Assembly: GCA_951406725.2 (NCBI GenBank)
Contig: OX597835.1
Span: forward strand, 47,306,001-47,370,000
Source of the DNA: Octopus vulgaris
Taxonomy: Eukaryota
DNA: 64,000 nucleotides
Reading direction: 5' to 3'
The first letter of the stretch is position 1; each line of letters begins with the position of its first letter. Positions 13,085 to 27,035 of the stretch are shown here, one piece after another. Position numbers and translations under genes: made by a program. The notes below the pieces were generated by a model, which was not told the origin of the DNA, made no database searches, and was given only the letters and a program-made list of their open reading frames with translations.

Positions 13085-13297
13085 AATAATAATAATAATA
13101 ATAATAATTGTGTACAGTGCTCAGGTGCACTACAACTCATCTAAAGTCTATATATAATCAGGTGTAGTTTCGGCGGATTTCGGAAAGCATGAGGGCCTTA
13201 AAGGATGCAGTGTCATGGCAGTCAACAACTGACGCAGACAGTTTATTCCATGCTTCAGCAACTCTGAGCGTGAAAAAATGTTTCCGAAAGTCATGTT
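13085..13297 (-). mobile_element. CR1/L2-type LINE extreme 3' end with (ATT)n tail
   Basis: HDFRKHFFTLRVAEAWNKLSASVV...SFK, the FF..RV...WN.L C-terminal motif. Confidence 0.7.
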
Positions 13298-13440
13298 TGT
13301 GCTTCACAGTGGAATTGCACCTGGACTCTACAGGGCTGTGAACCTGTGAAGCCCGTCTTTATACCTGGATTGCTGCTTGCTCCTCCTCCTCCTCCTCCTC
13401 CTCCTCCTCCTTATTTCTTCTCTCTCTCCGTTTATTCCAG

Positions 13441-13562
13441 GTGGCCAGGCAAGAACAACCGAAACAACTGATTGAAGCGGAAACCAAAGTGAAAGAAGCA
13501 ATTGCCATTTCTAATATCACTTTGGAGAAAGCCAAGTCGAGGGCCAGGATCAAGAAGAAACA
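13441..13562 (+). CDS. SPFH-domain protein exon (Ala/Glu-rich coiled coil)
   Basis: tttattccAG / GTAAGG; VARQEQPKQLIEAETKVKEAIAISNITLEKAKSRARIKKK; phase 0 to 2. Confidence 0.85.
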
Positions 13563-13609
13563 GTAAGGGAGATTCATACAGAACACCTGCTCATGCAGCT
13601 GTTTACCGT

Positions 13610-13668
<59 letters not shown>

Positions 13669-14248
13669 TTACTACTACTACTACTACTACTATTACTACT
13701 ACTACTACTACTACAACTACTACTACTACTCCTACTACTATTACTACTACTACTACTATTACTATTACTACTACATCATTGCCAGCTAACATCACTGTCA
13801 TCTCTTGTCATTGTCTTTGTTATTATTCTTGTCATCGTCATCACTAGTGTCACTATAATCAGCACTTTCATTATTGTAGTCATCCTCATCGTCAGCAGTC
13901 ATCATCTTTGTTGTCATCATCTTTCTCTTCAGCATCTTTGTCATCATCCTCGTTGTCATCATCATCTTTATCGTTGCCGTCATCATCATCTTTATTTTTG
14001 TCGTCATCATCATCTTTATTATTATCATCTTTGTCATCATTATCTTTATTGTCATTGTTGCTGTCATCACTCATTGCTGTCATTGTTGTCTATTACTACT
14101 ACTATTATTGATTTCACCACCACCACCATCACTAACACAGCCTTACCTTCCCCACTTGTACTAATACTAATATGACTTTCACCTCCTCCATCACCACCAC
14201 CATCACCATCAAATTCTCACCAATGTCCTTCCTTTTGTTGTTCTTCAG

Positions 14249-14477
14249 AGCTGAGTCAGAGGCCAGTGCCATCCTTGTACAATATCAGACAGAAGCAGAG
14301 TCCCTCCAAAATGTCTTGTCATCCGAAGGCCTTAATTACACTAACGAAGGGTTCCTGCAATACATGGCTATCCGCATAATCTCATCACTTAAAAATCCTC
14401 TCCATGTTGGAATGAACATGCCAGAAAATCCAAATGCGATTTCGTTTAGGGCCCTACCACCTCCGCCATCGGCATAA
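14249..14477 (+). CDS. SPFH-domain protein terminal exon, copy A
   Basis: ttgttcttcAG acceptor in phase 2; AESEASAILVQYQTEAESLQNVLSSEGLNYTNEGFLQYMAIRIISSLKNPLHVGMNMPENPNAISFRALPPPPSA*; AATAAA at 14583. Confidence 0.85.
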
Positions 14478-15114
14478 AAAATAGTCTCTTATGATTAAAA
14501 TGTTGAGACGTACTAGTTGTGGAGGAGAAATAATTGGTTAGTTAATTAAATTATTAATTACCATGAAATCTATAAGAAATTAAATAAACATTACTCTAAT
14601 CATTTAAAAATTTTTTGATTACATTATTTTATTTTATTTTATTTTAAATTATTTATTTGCCATCATGGGGCAGGTTTGGTCATGTGATTAAGAAGTCTTG
14701 CTTTGCACTCATGTGGTTGCGAGTCCCACTGCACGGCACTTTGGGCTAATGTCTTCTTTGACCCCAGGACAACCAATAGCTTGAGAGAATTTGGTAAATA
14801 GAAACTGCTGGAAGCCCAGTATATGTATGTGCATGATATGTGTTTGTGTGTGTATATATGCATGTGGGTTTCATCATCACCATCATCGTCATCATTGCTA
14901 TTGTCATCATCATCATTAACAACAACAACATCTGGTTTCCATGCTGGCATGGGTTTGCATTTGTGAATATACGCTTATAGGTGCTGACTTGGCCTTGTGG
15001 TAAGAAACTTGCTTTGCTACCTCATAGCTGCAGATTCAGTCCCACTTTGTGGCACCTTGCGGGAAGTGTCTTCTAAAGCCTCAGGTCAACCAAATCCAAA
15101 CTGAAAGAAGCCTG

Positions 15115-15156
<42 letters not shown>

Positions 15157-15694
15157 ATGCGTGTGTGCGTCCATGCGTGTGCGTGCGTGCATGCATGTAC
15201 AGTTCCAGGCCAACTATCCAGCAAGCCTGGGACTAGAAGTATCCCAGATATTTGGATTTTCTGGTTGTCAGAGGACAGTCTAAGTACATACCTAGAATAC
15301 AAAATAAATTATGGAAAGTAAAAAATTTTGAAAAGTTGTAATTAACAGATTGAAATTAATACGTTTTTTAAAGCAGGAACTTTTTTGATATAATTAATTC
15401 ACTTAAAATTTTGTAAAATCTGTAACACACTGTTCCATGTAAATAGCAGAATGGCTAAAGAGAGTGAAAATTAAATGAAGAAAAATAAAAAAGCATGATT
15501 TTAGTTGACTGATGCAGGCACAAATTAATATATAATTCGAAAATAGACGATGTATAATCTCTATCAATCCACTTCAAAAACAGGTTTTTTGTTTTTACTA
15601 AATACAGGATATTTGCATGGAATAGCATGATATTTCCAGATTTCTAGAAATTCCAGATATTTAGAAACCAGATAAAGGTCCGGCACTATATATA

Positions 15695-16985
15695 TCATCA
15701 TCATCATTTAACGTCCGTTTTCCATGCTAGCATGGGTTGGATGGTTCAACCGCAGTCTGGGAAGCCAGGAGGCTGCACCAGGCTCCAGTCTGATCTGGTA
15801 GTGTTTCTACGGCTGGATGCTCTTCCTAATGCCAACCACTCCATGAGTGTAGTGGGTGCTTTTTACATGCCACTGGCACAGGGGCCAGAGGAGGCTGGCA
15901 ACGGCCATGATCGGTTGGTGCATTTTACGCAAACATCTCTCCTGCACGCCACATCCGATGCTTCTTATGTCCAACATTTCTCTCAGGGTACTTACCCTCT
16001 GTTGTGGGTGCACACTGCCATTACACATCCAGCGGATCAGGCTAACTTCATTTCATTCAAGCCTACTCATATCCTCTGCAGTCATGGCCCATATTTCACT
16101 GCCGTGAAGCATGGCACTTCACTCACATGCATTGTACAATCTGCCTTTTACTCTGAGCGAGAGACCCTTTGTCACCAGTAAGGGTAGAAGCTTTCTAAAC
16201 ATTGCCCAGGCTATTCTTATTCTCATGGTAACACTCTCTGAGCATCCACCCCACTACTAACGTGGTCACCTAGGTAGCAGAAGCTATCAACTACTTCTAG
16301 TTTCTTCCCCAGGAGTGTGATGGAATCTGTTTTCTGAGTATCAATGGTGTCTATTGCACCTGTGCATCTGCTGCACACGAAAGCTATCTTCTTGGTTAAT
16401 CTTCCTTTGATTTTGCTGCACCTTTTATGTGTCCATAGCTTACACTGGGTACATCTTATGGACTTTCTACCTACACCTTTTCTACAGATCGAGCAGGGCC
16501 ACCTACCTGAGGAGGTGTGTGATGAATTCGCCTTCTTACTTACAAGAACTTTGGTCTTTGCTACATTGACTCTAAGGCCTTTTGATTCTAAACCTTGCTT
16601 CCACACCTGAGATTTCTTTTCTAGTTCCAGTAGTGAGTCTGTTATGAGGGCCAGGTCATCAGCATAGAGGAGCTCTCAGGGGCAACCCATCTTGAATTCC
16701 TCTGTTATTGCCTGGAGGACTATGATGAATAAAAGAGGAATGAGGGCTGAACCTTGGTGGACCCCTACTTCTACCTGGAATTCTTCACTATACTCATTGC
16801 CAATCCTAACCTTACTAATGGCCTCTCTGTATAGGGCCTGTATAGCCCTTAATAACCATTCGTCAATTTCCAGTTTCTGCATCACCCTCCAGATAAGGGA
16901 TTAGGGGACCCTGTCAAAGGCTTTCTCAAAGTCCACAAAAGTATAGGGGTTTATCTTTAGCTAGGTATTTCTCCTGCAATTATCA
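15695..16985 (-). mobile_element. RTE LINE fragment with RT domain remnant
   Basis: GVHQGSALIPLLFIIVL and ELLYADD (about 16650-16750); internal deletion fuses 3' UTR to ORF near 15925. Confidence 0.9.
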
Positions 16986-17250
16986 AACTATGAATATGGC
17001 ATATATATATTGATGTGTTTTAGCCCCTTTGCTTTTCCCTTGGATAACATCGGTAGCGTGGAGAGGAGAGGCTGGTATGCATGCGTGACTGCTGGTCTTC
17101 GCAAAAGACCTTGCCTGGACTTGTGCTGCGAATGGGAAGTTTCTAGGTGCAAACCAAAGGGGGCTTTTTACTATTTCTCTCTTTCTCTCTTCTATCTCTC
17201 TCTATCTCTATCTATCTATATATCTATCTATATATCTATATATATATATG

Positions 17251-18512
17251 TTAGATCATCCCATTAACAATATGGTTTTTCAATTACATGAACTAAAAGT
17301 CAGAGAGGTGCAGGCAAAACTGCATGCATCAACTTGCTATAAAAGCAGATAGTAATTTTACCTTGTACTTATTCTTAGTGCAAGTTTTGAAGAGTGCAGT
17401 TCGACTTTAACAGTTATTTTTTCAAAACTATAATGGAAGTGGCAAAGGAGCATATTTGGCATATTTTGCTTTATGAGTTCAACAAAAGCAACAACGCAAC
17501 GAAAAGCATGAGGAATATTAATGCAATATCTGGGGATAAGACAATAAGAGTAAGCCGGCGTCAATGGTGGTTCCAGAAATTCCGAGCCAAAAACTACAGC
17601 CTAGAAGATGAACCTCATCCTGGAAGGTCTGCAGAGCTCAACAAAGATGTCCTGTAAATCCTGGTGGAACAAAATCCCACCATAAATGTTAAGGGACTAG
17701 CAGAGAAGCTTGGATTCAATCATTCAATCATTCATCGACACTTAGGTGCCATCAGAAAAGTCAGCAAATTGGGACAATGGGTTCCTCACAAACTTTCCAA
17801 GTCTAATCCTGCACAGAGAGTGAATGTGTGCTCTTCTTTGATGTCACGTCTCATTTTTGAACCGAATAGTGACTGGCAACCAGGAATGGGTTCTCTATAA
17901 AAAGACAGTGGATAGGAAAAGGAGAAACACCAACACCCCAGGCTAAAGAAGATCATCACCCACGTAAGTTGTTATCTGTTTGGTGGGATATGAAAGGTTT
18001 AGTCTACTTTGACCTTTTAAACCCAAACCAAACGATAACAAAGGAGATCTACTGTGAGCTGCTTGAGTGGCTTATGTCAGCGCTAGAAGAGAAAGGACCA
18101 TCTTTGGTTTAAAGATGAAAGGTATTCTTCCATCAGGATAATGCTCAGCCACATACAACGAGGATGACATTCCAAAGGCTGGAGCAGTTTGAATTGGAAA
18201 CGATGCCTCATCCGCCATATTCATCGGACATTGCCCCCACCTGATTATCATTTATTCCAGAGTCTTCAAAATCATTTGGATGGGAAAAATATGAATTCTG
18301 TAGACAAGGTCAGAACAGTACTGGAGGAGTATTTTTCAGCATGGACAGGTGGATTTTGGAAGAGAGGCCTTGCAAGTCTACCAGATAAATGGAAGAGCAT
18401 TGTAGAAAATGAAGGAGAGTATGTTTTAGATTAAAAAAAAGAACTTTGTTTTTTTTAATTTTGAAAAATAAAAGAAGTATAAAAAAGTAGAATTATTTAT
18501 GGGATGACCCAA
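17251..18512 (+). mobile_element. Full-length decayed mariner (DD34D) transposon
   Basis: imperfect TIRs ttagatcatcccattaacaat / attatttatgggatgacccaa in TA context; transposase remnant 17433-18434 with WVPHKL, HQDNA, PPYSSD..P.DYHLF; several stops and frameshifts. Confidence 0.92.
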
Positions 18513-20575
18513 TATATATACATGTATATACAGTGAATATATATGACCCAATATATATATCATCATCGTCGTTTAATGTCCGTTCTCCATGCTAGCATGG
18601 GTTATTAATAATAATAATGACAACAAAAGAATGAGACCTCGATATTATGTAAAATAGAGGAATTTATCTATAAATATAATGTGACAATTAGTTGGATGTC
18701 ATAATAAAACTCAGAGTTTCAGATACCAGGGCTGAAGTCTGCTCTGGCATCCCATCAGTTATTAAGACAAAACGCTACATATATATATATATATATATAT
18801 ATATCATCATTATCATCATCGTTTAACATCCGCTTTCCATGCTGGCATGAGTTGGATGATTTGACTGAGGTCTGGTGAACCAGATGGCTGCACCAGACTC
18901 CATATATATATATATATATATATATCCTTTTGATTTGTTTCAGTTATTGGACTGCAGCCATGATGGGGCACAGTCTTGAAGGCTTTCGTTTAACAAACTA
19001 ATCCTGGTACTTATTCTGTTAGATTCTTTTGTTGAATCGCTAAGTCACTGAGACATAAACAACCAACACCTGTTATGAAGCAGTGGGGAGATCAGCAACA
19101 CACACACACACACACACACACAATGGGCTTTCACACAGTTTTCTTCTACCAAATTCACTGACCAAACATTGGCTAGCTGAGGTCCATGCAGCAGGACAGA
19201 ACCCAACACTAATTGATTACAAATCTTACTTCTTACCCTCACAACCGTGCCTGCTCTCTCTCTCACACACACGCATAATAGGGGAGATGCAAACATGAAT
19301 GAATGATGGTGTCCCACTCAGAGATGACAAATGAGGTTTACGTACCCTATTGATTGGTTATTCTGCATTTTCAAGGACCAGTGGACTTGAAAATCCATTC
19401 CTTGAAAAACAAATACAAGGTTGACAACTAGAGGGTCATCTGACCAAAACACCTTGCTTCAAATATGACCCCTGTCCAACCCATTGTAGCACAGAATTAG
19501 ATGGACATTGAAACGAACGAACACACAGGATTAACCTTTTAGCATTCAGATTAGCTTAACTGATATTCTGCTCATTTATCCACATTGTTTTCAATTAATC
19601 CTGCTTTATCTCAGCTTTGACACTTCAACGGTACGATTGTTTATTTTATTTTTTTTAGAATGACATTGCAGGGTAGGTGTGAGAGGGTAGATCTGGTCGC
19701 TTTGAACATAAAACAAGTAGAATATTTGGGCTAGATATGGCCAGTTTTAATGCCAAACGTTTAAATGTCTTTTATTTTTTCCTTGTTGATAAAACCAGAG
19801 AGGAGAGATTGTCCAAATGCCATTTGTTGTGGTTCTTTGCTACACGTTTACACAGAAACAGAGGAAAATGCCAGTTTTTAGATAATATGGATGGACAAGG
19901 AGAATGTTTCCCAAACTGGTGAGCTGGCAGAATCATTAGAATTCAGGGGCGAAATGCTTAGCAAGATTTCATCTATCTTTCGTTCTGAGTTCAAATTCCA
20001 CCGAGGTTGACTTTGCTTTTCATCCTTTCAGGATCGATGAAATAAGTACCAGTTACATGCTGGGGTTGATGTAATCAACTGGCCCCCTTCCTCCCAAAAT
20101 TTTCATGGCCTTGTGCCTAGAGTAGAAATAAGGAGAGTGTTTCCTAATCAGAGTTCCTTGGAACCTTAGTTTCTGTGAGAGATCTGCCAGAAGCAGTGAA
20201 GATTACCATCATCATCTTAATGCTTGCTTTTCTATGTTTGCATGGATGGATGGGTTTTCTTAAAGTAGATTTTCTATGGTTGGATGCCTTTCTTGTCATC
20301 AGCCCTCACCTGTTTTCAAGCGAGGTGATATTTCCCCTCCATGGCCAGACAAGTTTTTGTAGAACTTTGGAAATGAAAGACACTGCTTGTATGACAGTGA
20401 TGCTCGTTTACTACAATCTAGCAATGTCAAAACAAGAAGACATACATACATGCACACACACACCTTTTATACACATAGATATGTGTGTGTGTGTGTGTGT
20501 GTCCAGTCTTCATTCTCACAACCACCTTCACTACATCTGTTACAACCACTTCTTTTAACTGTCACTACAACTACT

Positions 20576-20610
<35 letters not shown>

Positions 20611-20763
20611 AATTAACACTGCTTGCCTTCACTACTAGTACTACTACAACTACCACCACCACAATCATAACTGCTACCAACACTTTGCTATTACTAATAC
20701 AAATACAGCCTTGCCCATCACCATCAAATTCTCACCAATGTCCTTCCTTTTGTTGTTCTTCAG

Positions 20764-21001
20764 AGCTGAGTCAGAGGCCAGTGCCATCCTTATACAATAT
20801 CAGAAAGAAGCAGAGTCCCTCCAAAATGTCTTGTCACCTGAAGGCCTTAATTACACTAACGATGAGTTCCTGCAATATATGGCCATCCGCATAATCTCAT
20901 CACTTAATAATACTCTCTATGTTGGAATGAACTTCCCAGAGAATCCATATTCAATTCCTTTTCGGCGCCCACCACCACCCAATGTCACACCCAAAAAATA
21001 G
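20764..21001 (+). CDS. SPFH-domain protein duplicated terminal exon, copy B (candidate alternative last exon)
   Basis: same acceptor and phase as copy A, open frame AESEASAILIQYQKEAES...PFRRPPPPNVTPKK*, AATAAA signals downstream (about 21057-21101). Confidence 0.65.
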
Positions 21002-24000
21002 TCACTATTAAAATGTTGAGATGTACTGGTTGTTGAAGAGAAATAATTGGTTCATTAATAAAATTGATAATTAATAATTAAATAAATTATAAAAAAATAA
21101 ACTTTAATCTTTTTATTTTGCTTTTTGATACCATTTTATAAGTTTTTTTTAATTTTTTTATCATTTTGAGCAAAGTTTAGCAGTGTGGTTGAGAAATCTG
21201 CTTTGCAATCATGTAGTTTTGAGTTCAACCCTACCACACTGCACTTTGAGCCAAGGTCTTCTATGACTTTCAAAATGACCAATATCTTGAGAGAATTTGG
21301 TAAATGGAAACTGCAGGAAGCCTGTCATGTGTATTATGGGTGTTTGTGTATATGTATATATATGCAGGTGTGTACATATATATATAGATATATATTATAT
21401 CGATGCATAAGGATAAGATCTCAAGATCCAAGTGTAGGAAGTTTGTAATCTTCAAGCAGTCCGTGACAGAGAACAAAAAGTGGAGAGTCTCATCTGTGGC
21501 AAGTTAACTCAGGATTCCCAAATGGCAATGTAACTTTCGTGTAGTTAAGGTGACCACAGCCTGATAAATAGCTCCACTGAGTACCTCTCATTGAGTAATT
21601 ATTACACTAGAGGATCGGCAAGCTAAGAAACAGACCTGGATTTTACCAGGTTAAGGCTTTACCGAAGATATAGCCTGGTTACAGGGAGATAACTTGAGAT
21701 TCTCAAATGATAATGTAACCTTCTGTAGGTCTTCTCGGCCTGAGGATTAACTTTGCTGAGTAATTATTACACCAGAGGATCAGCAAGCTAAGAAACATGT
21801 GTAGCCCAGATTTTACTTGCTCAACTCCCTCAGTTCGGATTTATATTTTATTTACTGGTTTCAGTTATTGGTTGGCAGCCATGCTCACTTGCAGGGTTTA
21901 CTCACACACATCAACCCCATTTCTTAGTCTGTTAGTCCCTTTTACTGACAAGGACATAAACAACTAGGGCCCATATAGCCCTAGGAGGTCCATGTGACCC
22001 TTGGGGCTCACATAAGATTATGTTGTTAGAGTTTATGCACAAAGGAGCAGTTACACTTCTACAAAACAGAAAATGCTTTAATAATAATAATTATTATTCA
22101 GTTCCTAATGATATTTAATTACAAAAATATAGGAGGATCTTTTAAACAGCAAATGGCTATGGGGTTTACCAAAGGGAAATAGAAACCAAAGGGGTCCATA
22201 GGTAAAAGAATAGTTGAGAGCTACAGTTCTAGAATGTTAGCTGTATGTAGGGGGTTTTGCCGTTGCGGTTGATAACGAGTGATGTCAAATATGTCCTATA
22301 AACATAATTTTACTTTTCTTCGAATTTCAGTGTTTCTACAAAAATAGAAAATAGAAGGAACCAATGCTATTCCCATTGCCATCACTTAAGGTTCACTTTT
22401 TCCATGCTTGCATGGGTTGGAGTTTTGTCAGCCCCTTTATCTGCCTGGGCTCTAGTCACCAACAATGGAGGCATGACCCTCATCAACTCTACTCAAACCA
22501 TCTAACCCATGCCAGCATGGACAGCGGATGTTAAATGATGATGATGATGACGACGATGGCCTTAAAACAGTACAATAATTATAATGGTTTCAAATTCAGA
22601 CACAAGGCCAGCAATGTTACAGGAGGGCTAAGCTGATCACATCAACCTAGTACCATATTTTATCAGCCCTGTAAGGACAGAAGGCAAAGTTGAACTCAGC
22701 GTACATAAAGCCTGGAGAAATGTCAGTAAGCAATTCGAGTGACACACCAATGGTTCTGCTAGTATGCCACCTTCTAAAATATAATTTCTAACTTTGGCAC
22801 AAGGCCAGCAATTCTTGGCATGGGGACAAGTCTATTTCGTCAACCTCCAGTACTTGTTAGATTGAATTTGAAAGAATGACAGGCAAAGTTGGCTGCAACA
22901 GGATTTGAACTCAGAATGCAAAGAGCTGGAAGAAAGGCTGTCAAATGTTTTATCCAATTGACCAACATCTCTACAAGCTCACTGCCTTACCAATAATAAT
23001 AATTATACTCATAATAACCTACACTATAATGAAGAAAGCTACTAATTAAATAGTTTGGATAATGCAACTTTTACTAAAAACAAAAAACAATTATTGCTTT
23101 CTTGAAATTTCTTAAGAATTTTAATTAATTATACTTTTATCAAAATCTGCTTTTTTAAGATTCTTTTATTTGTTAGCTTAAAAGCCGCACTCCATGTGGA
23201 CTTTTAAGCTAGCTCCTGAGGAGGGCTAATTGGACTTGTGGCCCCAAACTAAAAAGTGCTAAATAACATGACTATAATACATCTATAATGACTATATGCC
23301 CCCAGTGGTGTTTGATGAGGGGTTAAGGACGGATGAGAATTAATTCTGTAATGTAATCCTTCTGTTGTTCCAGTCCCAATTTGAATTCCAACTGTTGGCC
23401 AATTTCTCCCAAAGTTCTTATCTTAATATAAATTAACAAAATGAATGCCACTTATCTCCGACATCATGAGACAAATGCCAACCAAGATGGCCTAAGTCAG
23501 CCAAGCTTTACCTGCTAGAAATAGCAACCCAAATGCTTTTAACTCAGATCCCAGTGCTGGATGTTCGAGAACCAAATGAAAGGCAGATTTTCAATCTCGG
23601 GACCAACCTGATTCCAGAAAGGTATAATATGTCTATGTAGAGCTAATGTAGATTAAGATACAGGAGTACCAGATGGACAGACATAGTTTCGCATTTATTA
23701 TTTAAGATTTCAACTACACTGTACTAAGTTCAATTCATTGCGAGGGAGCATTTCTTAACACTGCAAAACAGTATTCCCTCTTAGCCTTGCCTCTCTCTTA
23801 CATTTCATGAAGTTAGTTTCTACAGACCCACCCATGCTAGAATGGAAGGCAGACGTTAAACAATGATGATGATGATGATGATACTAGTAAAAGATATTTC
23901 TCCAAATTTCAAGCTTAATTGAGAGTGTAGCGTACACTCGAGTGTATGCTGCACTCTCAATTAAACTGTATTAAACTCATTTAAAGTGTAGTGGACACTC

Positions 24001-24031
24001 GAGTGAAGTTCCTTTCCTCTTTATTATATAT

Positions 24032-24440
24032 AGGCGCAGGAGTGGCTGTGTGGTAAGTAGCTTGTTTACCAACCACATGGTTCCGGGTTAAGTCCCACTG
24101 CGTGGCACCTTGGGCAAGTGTCTTCTACTATAGTCTCGGGCCGACCAAAACCTTGTGAGTGGATTTGGTAGACGGAAACTGAAAGAAGCCCGTCGTATAT
24201 ATGTATATATATATATGCATGTGTGTGCTTGTGTGTCTGTGTTTGTCCCCCTAGCATTGCTTGACAACCGATGCTGGTGTGTTTATGTCCCCGTCACTTA
24301 GCGGTTCGGCAAAAGAGACCAATAGAATAAGTACTGGGCTTACAAAAAGAATAAGTCCCGGGATCGAGTTGGTTGATTAAAGGCGGTGCTCCAGCATGGC
24401 CACAGTCAAATGACTGAAACAAGTAAAAGAGTAAAGAGAG
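24032..24440 (+). mobile_element. Full-length tRNA-derived CORE-type SINE with internal microsatellite (family copies e.g. 7678-8099 -, 8295-8760 -, 12125-12487 -, 32390-32752 -, 37410-37795 -, 39496-39820 +, 50436-50912 +, 63343-63741 -)
   Basis: A-box tggctgtgtgg, B-box-like ggttaagtccc, CORE-like ccttgggcaagtgtctt, central (TA)n(TG)n, tail ccagcatggccacagtcaaatgactgaaacaagtaaaagag; resembles octopus OR-type SINEs. Confidence 0.85.
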
Positions 24441-24474
24441 TATATACGTGCATTCAAAAGTAGCGGATAATGGC

Positions 24475-24654
24475 TAGCTTTTGGCCGCTATTTGGACCCC
24501 ATTGTGTCCACTACTAACCATAGCTTTTGGCCGCTATTTGGACCCCATTGTGTCCACTACTAACCATAGCTTTTGGCCGCTATTTAGACCCCATTGTATC
24601 CACTACTAACCATAGCTTTTGGCCACTGTTTGGACCCCATTGTGTCCACTACTA
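24475..24654 (+). repeat. 46-bp minisatellite, ~3.9 copies
   Basis: tagcttttggccgctatttggaccccattgtgtccactactaacca starting at 24475, 24521, 24567, 24613. Confidence 0.95.
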
Positions 24655-25188
24655 GAATCAGACAAATTATGTTCATGCCAGTCTCCTTTCATACCCGCTA
24701 GGTTTTCATTTACTTACTCTAACTGTATCAAATATAAATTTATAATGAGTTTCAAATTTTGGCACAAGGCCAGCAATTTAGGGAGGTGGGGTCAGCTGAT
24801 AATATCGACCCCAGTACTCAACTGGTATTTAGTTCATCAACCACAAAAGGATGAAAGGCAAAGTCGGCCACAGAGGAATTTGAACTTGGGATGTAAAGAC
24901 AGGCAAAAAACTACTAAGCATTTTGCCCGGCATGCTAACGATTCTGCCAGCTTGATGCCTTAATTAATTAATTAATAATAATAATGATGAAAATAACAAA
25001 AATTGTTGCATTGAGAAAAACGAAAGCAGAACAATATTCGATGGCCAAAAAATTTAATGGCAAAAAAAAATAGGACAAAAAGAAACAATTAAAAAAAAAA
25101 AGGAAGGAATGGTGAAATATTTACAATTAAAAAATTTTTTTAAGTAATTACATGTGTGTGTTTATGCACACCTACACATGTATGTTAA

Positions 25189-25233
<45 letters not shown>

Positions 25234-26025
25234 TATAGATATATATATATATACACATGTATGTATTTATATATACATATTATATATGAATGTGTATGTA
25301 CATATATAGATGTATATATACATATGTAATGTGTATGAGTGTTTGTATTTACCAAACATTATTGAAGATGCCTTGTTAGAGTGGATTTTTTTTTCTTATT
25401 TTTGATATATTTTTACCGTATTTTTTGTGATTTGAATGAAGGAGGATTATCAGCAGGGAACAGCAACAACTCTACAAACAACAGTCTTCTACACACACGT
25501 ATACAAACATAAACATACACACACATACACATGTACATATATATATATATATATAAACATGTATACATATATATATATATATGTGTGTGTGTGTGTATAT
25601 GCATGTACGTATGCATGTATGTTTCCCATGCGATTTTGCTAATCTTTGTTGTTTTGAGATGTTGGTGAGGAAGTTGTTCGGTGCCGCATTTGGTTGGATC
25701 AGATCGAGTTTAGTTTGGCTTGCACTGGGTACTAGTTGAAAGTCTCACAAGCAAGTACCAAACATCTATTGAGTACATGTACTTCAGGATGATGACGCAG
25801 AGCAAGTCGTTATTGATTAAGTGTGCATGTGTGACTATATACATAAACATATGTATACGTATGGATACACACACACACACACATACATAATAACATTCCT
25901 CAGACTTGCTCCAATATTTAACAGTGTCTAAAATGTCTTTTTTAAAACAGGTAATCCCCTTTTCTTGCCCACATTTCTTCTCCATCTTCTTCTTCCCATA
26001 AAGTTCAATACTGATCAATCTCTAA

Positions 26026-26037
26026 TCATTCAGCACC
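26026..26037 (-). CDS. MEAF6: MEAF6 last coding exon (GAE-stop), followed by 3' UTR
   Basis: ttttgcatttccAG ggt gct gaa tga; phase 0 fits exon 6. Confidence 0.6.
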   Translation of the reverse strand, partial: GAE

Positions 26038-26088
26038 CTGGAAATGCAAAAATAAATCACATTAAACTATATACATACATACAAACAA

Positions 26089-26099
26089 CAACAACGACA

Positions 26100-26172
<73 letters not shown>

Positions 26173-26224
26173 GTAGTAATAATAATAATAATGATAATAA
26201 TAATAATAATAATAATAATGATAA

Positions 26225-26259
<35 letters not shown>

Positions 26260-26301
26260 ATAATAATAATGATAATGATAGTAGTAATAATAATAATAAT
26301 G

Positions 26302-26343
<42 letters not shown>

Positions 26344-26364
26344 GTAGTAATAATAATAATAATG

Positions 26365-26405
<41 letters not shown>

Positions 26406-26424
26406 AATAATAATGATAATAATG

Positions 26425-26459
<35 letters not shown>

Positions 26460-26553
26460 AATAGTAGTAATAATAATAATAATGATAATAATGATAATAA
26501 TAATAATAATAATGATAATAATAGTAGTAATAATAATAATAATGATAATAATG

Positions 26554-26588
<35 letters not shown>

Positions 26589-26610
26589 AATAATAATGAT
26601 AATAATAGTA

Positions 26611-26654
<44 letters not shown>

Positions 26655-26673
26655 AATAATAATGATAATAATG

Positions 26674-26708
<35 letters not shown>

Positions 26709-26730
26709 AATAATAATGATAATAATAGTA

Positions 26731-26780
<50 letters not shown>

Positions 26781-26790
26781 AATAATAATG

Positions 26791-26825
<35 letters not shown>

Positions 26826-26847
26826 AATAATAATGATAATAATAGTA

Positions 26848-26906
<59 letters not shown>

Positions 26907-26928
26907 AATAATAATGATAATAATGATA

Positions 26929-26963
<35 letters not shown>

Positions 26964-26979
26964 AATAATAATGATAATA

Positions 26980-27035
<56 letters not shown>

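Noticed and set aside
24475-24654. Regular repeats resembling a CRISPR array
   Set aside because: Head-to-tail 46-bp units with no unique spacers; eukaryotic context
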